A DNA stretch of 64,000 nucleotides from Zootoca vivipara (Eukaryota). The first letter of the stretch is position 1. Each line of letters starts with the position of its first letter. Below the pieces are notes generated by a model. The model saw nothing but the letters and a program-made list of their open reading frames with translations. It was not told where the DNA came from and ran no database searches. The stretch is taken from assembly GCF_963506605.1 (NCBI RefSeq), contig NC_083281.1, positions 75,144,001 to 75,208,000 on the forward strand, given 5' to 3'. Shown here one piece after another: positions 11,801-21,796 of this stretch. The position numbers and the translations under genes were made by a program.

Positions 11801-14103
11801 ACATACACTATTTCAAGTATGTTTCAGAAATCTAACCTGGCATGTTTGACAGTGACAGGATCTGTGCATTCCAGGAAATATTTCAGTTGGGCACCAATTC
11901 TGTGCAAAGGCACCACTGGTGCTTAATAGCTATCAAGAGCAATGCAAACTGGGAAAACCTGGCCCTAACTTATATGCTTAATTCATTTATATACCACCTA
12001 TTAGAATATCAACTCTTGCAAGGTATCTTACAAAAGATATATAAATGTAATATATGATAAACATTAAAAAGAGACAAACTGATTTAAAATAACTGACAGA
12101 AGCAGCAGCTAATGCATGAATCCAGCTTAAGACCTTGAGATCATGTAGTTCCAACTCCCTTCTAATGCCCCATACAGGGATCAAACCTGCAACCTTGGTG
12201 TTATCAGCACCATGCTCTAACTAACTGAGCTATCCATCATGAAGTGAACTGGGCAACTCTGCCTTTCTGCTTGACATAGAATTAAGTACTAGGCCAGATT
12301 CCTTGGCAGAAAGGAAGGAGGCATTAATGGGAGAGGGAAGGGTGATGTGGTTAGAAGGGAGTGGCAAAATGGCAGGGGCATGCCCCTGCCTTTCCCTTTG
12401 TCCAGTTTACCTGCTTTTCTGCTCCAGAGAGGAAAGCATCATCCTCTGATGTGTCCAAGAGCCCTTGGATGGGCCTCAGCTGTGTCAAATCCTTTAGAAG
12501 CTCTTCCTTACTTTCCTGGGGCACAGCAGCTGTAGGCTTCACCTCTTCTGAGCTTCCTATGAAGAGAGGAAGCCCAGAAAGTCAAAGGGAGAAAGGCCAG
12601 TAGAAGCAGGATGATAGCAGGGGCCATCGTCTTCCTCTTCTGAAAATTATTCACCAAGCAAGAGAACACTGCATACTATGCACACCAAGCATACATAAAG
12701 GATATATGTGCCCAATTGATCACTGCACTCTGCAGCAGATTTCATCTGGGAGTGCATTCCATGTTGCAATCTACTGAAGACCTCCTTCCAAAATTGCCTT
12801 GTAAGTGCAGATTTTTACGCCAGCCTTTATTCATCTAGAAATTGTATTCCTTTTTTCTTTGTTACTGTCGATGCCTTGTTGCTAAATTGCTTTTGGATGT
12901 TTCATGGGAAGTGAGTCACAAATGAAACAGGCACAAATGAGTGCAAGGAAGCATTCTGGTGGGAATGTTTATGCTAAAAAAACAAAATGTCTTAATTACC
13001 TAATAGGTACTGCTGGAGTAGTTTCTTGGGAAGAGCTTTGCTTCTCCCACCTGGGCTCCTGATTAAGATGGTGCATCTCCCTCCTCTTGTAGACAAGGGG
13101 AAAAGCATGCATGGACACAGGCAGAAGCTCTTGGCTTTTGGCTTGCAACAGGAGCAGCAGCTCACAGCATCAAGTGATGACTTCCATGTGTGAAACAGCC
13201 ATCACAGGGCAAGCACCACAAACAAGGCTGTCTCTGCACAGTTTCAAATGCAAACTTTTCAACTGAGGCAGTTAGTTCACTAATTGACCTCACAGTTGTC
13301 AGACAAGGTACATACATGTATGAATCAGTCCAATGGGTAGAATTACAACAGGAAAAGTTACTCTATAGTTTATTAGGAGCAGGCAATGTCAAGGTGACAC
13401 TCTCACCTGTACCTCCAACCAGGTCTTTCTCCTCTGGCAGTTTGGTGCTCTCCCATTCCTCGCAAATGCTCTGGCCACCTGGACACAGAGGGAGGAGAAC
13501 TTTGGGATCCTGGCTATGAGAATCAGGAAGCTGAGTTTCCTTGTCTGAAGCTTCCTGACATGTGCTCTGTCCTTGCACTCTGGTGGTGTCCACAGAGTCT
13601 GCAGAGCCAGAAGAAACCTGCTCAGGATGCAACATCACTTTGACACTGAGTTTTGCAGCATGAGAACTGTCCAAAGTGGCAACACTTTTACTAGATGCAT
13701 CCTCTGCCTGAACAGAAATGTCCCTCAGCACTTCTTCTTGACTTGGAAAGCTCAGAAAGTCCCCAAGAAGGGATTTGCAACTGACAGCCACATCAAACAT
13801 CTGCAGACTGTCTGCCACAGATATGATGTTGGTGAAATTGTGCTTTCCAGGAGGCAGCTTGCCTGTATATATCATTTCTAGCAGGAGAGCAAATTCATCT
13901 GGGGCCACCACAGAAGCATCAATGGAGACTGTGTCTGTGCCATCCAGCACAGACCTGAACAACACACTGGCTGCTGCCAGCACAAGCTTGTGTGCTCGGA
14001 AATGCATTGTCCCAACCAAGATGCTACAGTCGCAGAACTGCTGTTCCCTGCAGAGTGTATGGAGCTGTTGCAGTAGTTGCTGGCTGTAGTTTGGAAGATC
14101 CAT
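2756..14103 (-). CDS. ZBTB40: Zinc finger and BTB domain-containing protein 40, whole spliced CDS (13 coding exons, 2919 nt, about 972 aa as assembled)
   Basis: N-terminal BTB (MDLPNYSQQLLQQLHTLCREQQFCDC...FRAHKLVLAAAS) and a C2H2 array matching recalled ZBTB40. Exons: 14103-13407, 12556-12411, 11680-11497, 11078-10942, 10310-10139, 8633-8229, 7666-7460, 6251-6087, 5389-5175, 4494-4332, 3703-3617, 3515-3289, 2869-2756. All junctions are GT-AG and phase-compatible. Confidence 0.93.
3289..3515 (-). CDS. ZBTB40: ZBTB40 coding exon 12 (last fingers)
   Basis: GSQPLHCPHC...CTLCEEVF...EHPKV; acceptor follows a (CT)n tract; donor CAG|GTCAGT. Confidence 0.9.
3617..3703 (-). CDS. ZBTB40: ZBTB40 coding exon 11 (C2H2 finger)
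   Basis: EVTFHECEKCKRLF...HEKSQHS; donor GTGAGT. Confidence 0.92.
4332..4494 (-). CDS. ZBTB40: ZBTB40 coding exon 10
   Basis: QLSGLWYHNRTHHPD...CSSCDKTF; donor CAG|GTAAAG. Confidence 0.93.
5175..5389 (-). CDS. ZBTB40: ZBTB40 coding exon 9 (C2H2 fingers)
   Basis: NIDDPYDCQKC...CQICNKAYQ; GT-AG. Confidence 0.93.
6087..6251 (-). CDS. ZBTB40: ZBTB40 coding exon 8 (C2H2 fingers)
   Basis: GKMYACQYC...HTGDKPYVCRECG...HTFH; donor GTGAGT. Confidence 0.95.
7460..7666 (-). CDS. ZBTB40: ZBTB40 coding exon 7 (C2H2 fingers)
   Basis: GMQYHKLTEHFDEKPFSCEECG...HTGDQPF; GT-AG. Confidence 0.95.
7975..8111. mobile_element. Palindromic hAT-Charlie-type MITE in a ZBTB40 intron
   Basis: Long inverted arms; perfect TSD atctagag (NTCTAGAN target). 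Confidence 0.85.
8229..8633 (-). CDS. ZBTB40: ZBTB40 coding exon 6 (first zinc fingers, FACKACGKSFRFYCRLKVH)
   Basis: ccacag acceptor, CAG|GTATGG donor. Confidence 0.93.
10139..10310 (-). CDS. ZBTB40: ZBTB40 coding exon 5 (LVSTC...ICQLLCSIQESFPGLQTVMEEL)
   Basis: ttttcccag acceptor, CTG|GTGAGA donor. Confidence 0.88.
10942..11078 (-). CDS. ZBTB40: ZBTB40 coding exon 4 (VGSSDSIATEILLRHRKLISEALQQ...AKE); absent from the ORF track
   Basis: ttccatag acceptor; donor GAG|GTTCAG (alternative in-phase donor at 10915); resembles recalled human ETILRHNQLILEAIQQ. Confidence 0.8.
11497..11680 (-). CDS. ZBTB40: ZBTB40 coding exon 3 (AAMDCSEG...FPGLGLLL...DST)
   Basis: ttgcag acceptor, ACAG|GTACTC donor, phase 0 to 1. 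Confidence 0.85.
12411..12556 (-). CDS. ZBTB40: ZBTB40 coding exon 2 (GSSEEVKP...TQLRPIQ...GAEKQ)
   Basis: catag acceptor, CAG|GTAAAC donor; TQLRPI motif shared with recalled mammalian ZBTB40. Confidence 0.88.
13407..14103 (-). CDS. ZBTB40: ZBTB40 coding exon 1 (BTB/POZ domain)
   Basis: ATG at 14103; upstream acceptor cag gives exon start 14159; donor ACAG|GTGAGA, phase 1. Confidence 0.95.
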
Positions 14104-14694
14104 AGCTCCCTGGAAGTCTCTGCTCCCTTCACGTTCTGTATAGTTTTGCTCCCAATCAGCTGTACGCAGATGAGAAGAGCAGCAAATTAGTTGCATTGAC
14201 TGCACTTGTTCCCTTCCCCAAACTATCATTGTGATCAAACCTGTGGCATTGCCACTAACAAAGGTGAACAGCTTTAGGACACTACTGCTTTCTACCTGTA
14301 ACACCCAACTAGACTTTGAGTAAGAAAGTATTTCCTCCAAACAGGGTAACTAGACTTTGAGTAAGAAAGTATTTCCTCCAAACAAGGTAATACTATTTAG
14401 AGACCTCTGCTCTGCTCTCTAGTTCTGCCTGCTGTGTCACACTTGCCTTCCTTACAATCCTTCCTCAAAACCTACATTTTCTGGCTCAACCTCCTGGTTT
14501 CCATTCCTTACTGCAAACCTCAAGGAAGCCTAGGAGCGTATCTTAAGTGAATACAAATTGCTTTTGTTCAGACTGTAAGCTCCTTGGGGCAGGGACCTGC
14601 CCTCTCGCACTCTGCAGAGCCTGGTTTTCGGAGGTTCAAAAAGCAGTGTAACAGCATTTGAAAGCAGCCTTTGCAAGCAGCCCAGTACTGCTCC

Positions 14695-14936
14695 AGTTTG
14701 AAAACATGTCAGTGCAAGTAGATAAAAGGTAAATGCCGTTTCTGTGTGCTCTGGTTTCCGTCATGGTGTCCCATTGCACCAGAAGTGGTTTTAGTCATGC
14801 TGGCCGCTTGGCCCAGAAAGCTGTCTGTGGACAAACGCCAGCTTCCTCGGCCTGAAAACGAGATGAGAGTCACAACCCCATAGTCGCCTTTGACTGGACT
14901 TAACTGTGCAGGGGTTCTTTACTTTTTACTTTTACC
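14695..14936 (+). mobile_element. Sauria SINE, 5'-truncated
   Basis: Similar to 47850-48102; TSD tactgctcc at 14686 and 14937. Confidence 0.85.
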
Positions 14937-15229
14937 TACTGCTCCTTAAATATCTGAAGGGTTAGAGTTATAGAGAAGCATGGGCCTGTTGGGGACAGAG
15001 GCTTTCAAACAGCCCAGTGCTGTTCTGTGGACCTTTGGTTTCCCACTGAAAGGAAGCTCTTTGAGGAAGGCAAAGTCCCACAAACGATGCCAGGTTACAC
15101 CATGCTGGTGCCGCCCATGGTTTACCCAAATAACCCTGGAAACTGCAGGTCTCTAGAGAGGCGAACTACAGCTCCCAGGATTCTTGAAGGGAAGTCATGC
15201 GCTGGAAACGTGATGGGCCTGAGTTTGTG

Positions 15230-16560
15230 GTGCCCCCCTCCCCGGTCGCTTTCCTGAGCTGTTTCTTATCACAAGCAGCTCTGGGAGCCTTTTTCTAAGG
15301 GGTGGGAGTGACAATAATGAAAGCGATGCTCCAGCCTCGAGGCTTCTTTCCTCCCTCATTCCCTGCCATGTCTCACAGCCTAACAGAGCCCAACTTGGGC
15401 CGAATGCCCTTTCAAGGGAGATGCGTGGCCAGTGGCCAGCTGCGAGGGGGCGGACGCAGAGGCTCCCCCAAGCAGCACCAGCCTCCCGAAGGGCTTGTCC
15501 CGGACGAGGCCTCCCACCCGGGGGCGCTCTGTCCCTCGCTCTCTCGAGCCAGGCGGCGGCCTCCCGAAGGGGCCCCAGGCCCACGCAGAAGCCAAACGCA
15601 GGGGCCTGCCCAGAGCCAGAGGCATCGTCTTCTTCGTGGTCCCCACCCTTCCCGGTCGGGTGAAGGAGAGGCGAATTAGGATACGGCTAGGAGGGCCTAT
15701 GGTCCATGGGGTCACGAAGAGTCGGACACGACTAAACGACTAAACAACAACAACAGGAGGGCCTAAATCGGGCGCCTAGGCCTGCTGCCGTTGCCATGGT
15801 TACCTTTATTGGGAGTCGCACGGCGGCGGACACGGGCGAAGGTGGGCGCGAGGGAGGAGGAACAATAAAGCTTCAACAAGGATGGCGTCCCTCAGCCGCT
15901 TCCCCGGCCCCGCCTCCTCCCGGGCACAGAGGCGGAAACAAGAGAAGAGTCGCGCTTCATAGGCGGGCCCGGAGGCGGGACTTCCTCGTCGCTTGTCTGT
16001 CAACGGAGGTCCACCACCCGCCTCGCGTCAAATGGTTAACTTCTGAGGACCTGATTGGCTGTTGCAGGAGCAACGAGGTCACGTGAGCAGCCGCGGCCTG
16101 CTGAGGAAGGGTCCTCGGGGCTGGGAAGGGGGAGGCCGTTCGGCTACAGTTCTGGATTCCCTCAATGGCTTCGTTTGTTAGCACCATCCTCCCGCCTCGC
16201 AAGTAAAAAGTGGCAATAGGAGATGGGACGTTATGCGTCCAAAGACAGGAGTGATCAGTCTACCTTTTTTTTAAAAAAAAAAGTCTATGGTTCAGGGGCG
16301 GTTTGCTTCCTGCCTCTTTGCAAGAGCCGAACGGCCGGATGTTCGATGTTCGCGTCGCTCTAGGCAACGCCCAGAAACTATATGAAAATATCCAGTTTTT
16401 CTTTGACGTCATCAGACGTCGACAGGAAGAAAATTTCCTTCCCGGAAGTAGGTCGGAGAAGGACACAAAATAGGGGTAGGAATGCTGCCTGGAGAGCATC
16501 CCTTTTTCTGGAGCCGGATATGATGGAGGCCTCCTGTGTTACCATGGGGATAGGGGGCTT
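15230..16560. promoter_or_regulatory. CpG-island bidirectional promoter shared by ZBTB40 (-) and MUL1 (+)
   Basis: CpG-dense; CCAAT (ctgattggct 16051-16060), E-box gtcacgtg near 16078, CRE TGACGTCA near 16404, ETS CCGGAAGT near 16442, three X-box-like sites; outward-facing donors at 15803 (-) and 16448 (+) suggest non-coding first exons. Confidence 0.8.
15700..15754 (+). mobile_element. Bov-B (RTE) LINE 3' tip
   Basis: tggtccatggggtcacgaagagtcggacacgactaaacgactaaac(aac)n; 11-bp TSD aggagggccta at 15689 and 15755. Confidence 0.9.
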
Positions 16561-17166
16561 AGGGGTGGGGTCTCTTTTAGGGGTGGCTTGCTTGCCCTGG
16601 GGAATCCTGAGATTGGTGCTGCAGCTTGTGGGTGCGGCCGTTGTAGCTTTACTGATATATTACAGGAAAGGGGCACGCTGGCGTGAACTAACTGGCAGAA
16701 GAGACTGGTCCACGTTATGTTGACTTGACTTGTGGAACTGCCTGCCACATGATTGGAGCGTAGACTCCCGCCTCCAGCAGCTTTAAAGGGAGATGAGCCA
16801 AATTTCATGAAGGAGTAGATAAACTGTGGAACCATCTGGGAGAGGGCTGTGGTGCACAGCCGTTTGTGATCTCCCCATTGTGAAAAGCACAATGCTGGTC
16901 TAGATGGGACTCTGGCCTGGAATGGTAGAGCTCTGCTTGTTGCATTATTACATTTATATCCCTTTACTCCGTGTTGCTCAGAGAGTATGCAAAGTTTCTC
17001 TCCTGCCTCCACCCTATAATTTTGTCTTCCCATCAACCCTGTGAGGTAGGGTAACCTGAGAGATTGTGGCTGACCTGAAGTCACCAACTAAGCTTGATGG
17101 CTGAGTAGGGGAGGGATTTGAACTTGATATCCCAAAGTTTTGGGGATTAGTCTGAGTAGCCTTGAC

Positions 17167-17297
17167 TGTTCTCGGAGCTACCAACATGAGTTGGACCAAA
17201 CTGCTGGAGGCAGTGGAAGACAGGAGTGCCTGGTGTGCTCTGGTCCATGGGGTCATGAAGAGTCGGACACGACTAAATGACTAAACAACAATAACAA
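17167..17297 (+). mobile_element. Bov-B LINE 3' fragment
   Basis: Same 3' tail as the other copies. Confidence 0.85.
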
Positions 17298-18641
17298 CTT
17301 TTATAAGTTAGTGGCTGGAAGTTGGTTTGGAGAGCTGGATACTGGAGGTGTTTTTTTCTGAGGCAGCAGTTGTATTTGAGATGCCATTGTGTATTCTGCC
17401 ACCTTGATGGCTTTATTGCCGTATCTGCTTCCGTGGTCTACAACCTCTTCATCAAGTGTATAAAATGTTGTCCTTCTAACTGACAAAACAGATTATAGTC
17501 TGCGAAAACCGGTGCCACAATAAATCTTCTAGTCTTTGAGGGTCTGCAATATTCCTTGCTTTAAGAATAGTGGGTAGCCAATGAAATTCCTGAGGTTGGG
17601 AATAAAAACAAATAAACAGTAGTGTACATTCACCTCCTTGGTATGCCAGGTTAAAACTAATCTTAACCAAACTTCTAATGGCATATTTGTGACCTGCTGG
17701 GACTGCTAATTTTTGATGTTATGAAAGAGTGAATATTTCTTCCTATTTTATGATTGTAGGATGATTTGATGGATTTTAGGCTACATGGGGGTCTAATGAA
17801 TCAATGTGAGCTGCTTTGTATAATTTAAAGAGGAAAAACTGCACACAAATACTTATAATAAATGAGAAAAATCACATTCGTTCTGAATACGGTGTATTTG
17901 AAGTTTGTATATATATTTGAAAATCAATTAAAATATAACACAAAGAAAAAGATAAATGCATTCAAATCAAGAATCCACATCTAGAGAATAGTAAATCTGG
18001 TAAGTAAAACAAGGTAAATTTTCAGTTGAGCAGGACCCACAAATGAACAGGGCATGTTCTAGAAACTAGCAGCCATCTATATTGTTTTAAATATTAGTGT
18101 TATAAAAGGTTGTCATAATGAATGAGGAGACAACTTGCAGAGAGAATTCTCCAAGTCATAAGAATCATTTATAAGCACCTATTGGGGTGCTTTCACAGTT
18201 GCTGTATCCAGGCTGGATAACTGCATTCTTTTTTTAATTCAGCTTACGGTAGCCGAAAGCAACCTTGATACTAGCACAGGTAGGCTATTATGTGCTATTT
18301 GTTTCCAGAATTTTTGTATATCTGCAGAAATCTCCCTTTCAAAATATCACTATGCCGAGAGAAATTTCCCTCAGTCTGTTCTTGCTGCGTGTGGACTCCT
18401 GAAGGCTGTTGCCAGATATACTTCAAATGAGTCAGGTGTAGAATGTGACTTGTGGGCAAGATAATGCACATATAGACATAGGAGTAAGATATTGAAATAG
18501 GATTGGGCAGTCTTTGGGGATATAGTGTTGCAGAGAGGAGAGGCTAGGTTATTTCTAACCCTTTGTGCTTTCTGACTAAAGAACCCCAACCCATTCTATT
18601 TTTCTCTTTCTAGGTGTATACACCAGAGTTAGATTATAGCA

Positions 18642-18761
18642 ATGGATGCTGCTGGGCGCCCTTCGACGGGACAGGTGATCCTCCTGGCGACCAGTTCAGC
18701 TGTCACCGCAATTCTGTATGCCATTTATAGGCAAAAGTCAAAAATAGTTCACAGCCTGAAG
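18642..18761 (+). CDS. MUL1: MUL1 coding exon 1 (MDAAGRPSTGQVILLATSS...SLK)
   Basis: Acceptor ttctag ending 18613, ATG 18642, donor AAG|GTCAGT. Confidence 0.93.
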
Positions 18762-21700
18762 GTCAGTTGTTGCTTAGAACAGGGCCACGGATAACCATTA
18801 TTTTTAATTTTATGTATTCAGTATTTTTTCAATGTCTGTTCTGCTTCTCAACTGAAAAGTATCTGGAGCAACTGCAACAGCCTTTAAATGTTAAATGTAT
18901 ATAAGGTAAAGCCTGTTATGAACATCATAAACTAAAAGTATATTGGATCCAAAAACTACAAATGCCAAACGAAGGGAGGAAATCCCAAAAGGCGAGAAAG
19001 GAGTGGTGTGTGTGTGTGTGTGTTTACACAATTATTGTGTTATGGGTTGTAGTCAATGAATTCCTACGCAAAGTAGACCCATGCAAAGATGTTGAGTGAA
19101 GGACAGGCTCTTACCAATGTTTAATTCCCTCCTCCACCCAGGGAGCGAAAAAAGTCACCCTAGACCAGGATTTGAAAACTATCCTTATGGAAGCGCCTGG
19201 GAAGTGTGTCCCTTATGCAGTAATAGAAGGTAGGCTTTGGGAGTCTTGTGGGTTGCTGGTAATGGGTGTGGGTGTGGGTGGGAAGCATGTATGAGTATTT
19301 GCCATTAGGTGTCTAGTTTGCTCCATCTGTCAGGGAGGATTGTGGTATAAAGTGCACACTAAAATGCAACTGGCTTCATCCCATGGACTGCAAGAAGATC
19401 AAACCTATCCATTCTTAAGGAAATCAGCCCTGAGTGCTCACTGGAAAGACAGATCGTGAAGCTGAGGCTCCAATACTTTGGCCACCTCATGAGAAGAGAA
19501 GAATCCTTGGAATAGACCCTGATGTTGGGAAAGATTGAGGGCACTAGGAGAAGGGGACGACAGAGGATGAGATGGTTGGACAGTGTTCTCGAAGCTACGA
19601 ACATGAGTTTGACCAAACTGCGGGAGGCAGTGCAAGACAGGAATGCCTGGCGTGCTCTGGTCCATGGGGTCACGAAGAGTCGGACATGACTAAACGACTA
19701 AACAACAACAAAATGCAACTCTCATCAGCCCCAACCAGTGATCATGGCTCTCCCTGTACTGCATAATCCTTCGACCTGTGGGTAATTTAATGGGTTCCTA
19801 TTGCTCTTGCTGTTCTGTTACACTGTGGTGAGTCTTCAGGTGTGCAATTAAGCTCTTTTCAGCTGTTCTTTTCTCCCTCCGCCATCCAATAGGTGTCGTG
19901 CGGTCTATTAAGGAAACCCTCAACAGTCAGTTTGTGGAAAACTGCAAGGGAGTGGTTCAGAGGCTAACACTGCAGGAGCACAAGATAGTGTGGAACCGAA
20001 CTACGCACCTCTGGTAGGTACATTTCACTCCCAGACTTGAAAATGGGGCAAGTGGGTTGTTGCTTCCACTGATTTATTGGTGTGAGGCAAGAGCCTTTAT
20101 TGGAGTATGTGGCTTAATTAGTAGGGTAGGCCAGGTGCCATTCAGATTATTATAATCCACCTTTCAATCTCTATCAGGGTGGAGTCTGCATGCAGTCCTA
20201 TATACTCCTCTGGCTTCCCAGGCTATATCCCCTCTGTCCCCCCGTGAGTGCTTTTGCCTGGCTGGAATGTGCTCCTGTGAGAATGCCTCTAGCTTGCCAA
20301 GATGGAGAGTTGTGTATATATAAAAAAATCTGGCTTCTGTGCCAGAAAAGCAGCCCCCATGTTAAAAAAGATCCCCCCAGGTTTTTTCAAAGTATTCATC
20401 CAGCACCTAGGAAGTTTAATCAAAATCTGCTGTGGCACCTTAAAGACGAATATATTTGTTATGGCATAAGTGTTTGTGGACAAAAGTCCATTTTGGTATA
20501 GCGTGAAGGATCATTCTCAATGGGCAGATATGGGATGGGGAGATAGAGATGTAAAGAGTGAGGTGACGTGTCAATGAAAAGCAAACAAAAGATGAAAACA
20601 AAACAGTTTGTGACAATTGCATTGCAGTTGGGAACAGGAGCAGGGAACCATTTGGACCAGTGGTGGGTAGAGCCAGAGGCAAAGGTGGCAATAAAGAAAA
20701 TCAAGTTTTACCTTGTATAGCAGGCTAGATAGTACACACACTCTGTCCTCCATTGAGAGAAGGAAGAAACCTTATCAGAGTTCAAGAATGTATTCCAACC
20801 AGGCAAGAACGCTGAGGGAAGAGTGCAGCTTTGGAAGATGTATGGCTTGATGAGAGGCCTGAGGGCCATAGACCTACCCTGTCCCTGATCTGAATAGTTG
20901 TGATACGGAAGGGGAGGGAAGAGTAGCGCAAGCAAATTCCGGCAGACTCAAGCAAATTCTTCATTAGGTTTCTGTAGACCGAAATGTTAGGACCCGTTCC
21001 TGGGCAAACCTTTATGTGTGCAGCAGGTGGGCCCAGCTAAGTGGGCAATCCGTTTTGTGTTTCTGCTGCTGCTTTAAACCTTTTTGCTGGGTCCTCTTTC
21101 CCCAGGAGCGACTACGAGAAGATCATTCACCAGAGGACCAACACGACAGCCTTTGATATGGTGCCCCAGGAGGGAGGAGCCGATGTCGCCGTGAGGGTGT
21201 TGAAACCCCTGGACGCTGCCGAGCTCAGCTTGGAGACAGTGTACGAGAAGTTCCACCCGTCCGTCCAGTCCTTCACGGATGTGATCGGCCACTACATCAG
21301 CGGGGAGCGCCCCAAAGGCATCAAGGAGACCGAAGAGATGCTGAAGGTGGGGGCGGCGCTTACCGGGGTGGGTGAGTTGGTCCTGGACAACAACACCATC
21401 AGGCTGCAGCCCCCCAAGCAGGGGATGCGCTATTACCTAAGCAGCCTAGATTTCGAGGCCTTGCTCCAGAAGGAAGAATCGAGCGTCCGTCTCTGGAAGG
21501 TCCTGACTCTCCTTTTCGGCTTTGCCACGTGCGCCGTGCTCTTCTTCGTCCTGCACAAGCAGTACCGCCATCACCGGGAGAAGCAGCGCCTGCGTCAGGT
21601 GCAGGAGATGATCGCAGCGGGTGGGGACACACTGAATGCATGCGTCGTCTGCTTGAGCAACGCCCGCTCGTGTGTGTTCCTTGAGTGTGGGCACGTCTGC

Positions 21701-21796
21701 TCGTGCGACAAGTGCTACCAGGCGCTGCCGCAGCCTCCCCGTTGCCCCATTTGTAGGCAAGAGATCGCAAGAGTCGTGCCTTTGTACAACAGCTGA
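18642..21796 (+). CDS. MUL1: Mitochondrial E3 ubiquitin/SUMO ligase MUL1 (MAPL/MULAN), whole spliced CDS, 339 aa
   Basis: Exons 18642-18761, 19142-19229, 19893-20013, 21106-21796 (120+88+121+691 = 1020 nt); TM1, GIDE domain, TM2 and C-terminal RING CVVC...CGHVCSC...CPIC...PLYNS*. Confidence 0.97.
19142..19229 (+). CDS. MUL1: MUL1 coding exon 2 (GAKKV...APGKCVPYAVIE)
   Basis: GT-AG, 88 nt. Confidence 0.95.
19379..19709 (+). mobile_element. Bov-B LINE 3' fragment in a MUL1 intron
   Basis: RTE C-terminal coding remnant plus (caa)n tail; TSD aaaatgcaact at 19361 and 19710. Confidence 0.92.
19893..20013 (+). CDS. MUL1: MUL1 coding exon 3 (VVRSIKETLNSQFVENCKG...WNRTTHLW)
   Basis: GT-AG, 121 nt. 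Confidence 0.95.
21106..21796 (+). CDS. MUL1: MUL1 coding exon 4 (GIDE C-terminal part, TM2, RING)
   Basis: ttccccag acceptor; lies within ORF 21041-21796. Confidence 0.97.

Noticed and set aside
13000-13142. Possible extra ZBTB40 exon ending TTAG|GTAATT
   Set aside because: The plausible acceptors give a stop or a phase mismatch with the next exon, and the translation resembles nothing recalled.
14104-14340. 79-aa N-terminal extension of the ZBTB40 ORF (13363-14340)
   Set aside because: It starts at a non-ATG codon and crosses the splice acceptor at 14160; homology begins at MDLPNY.
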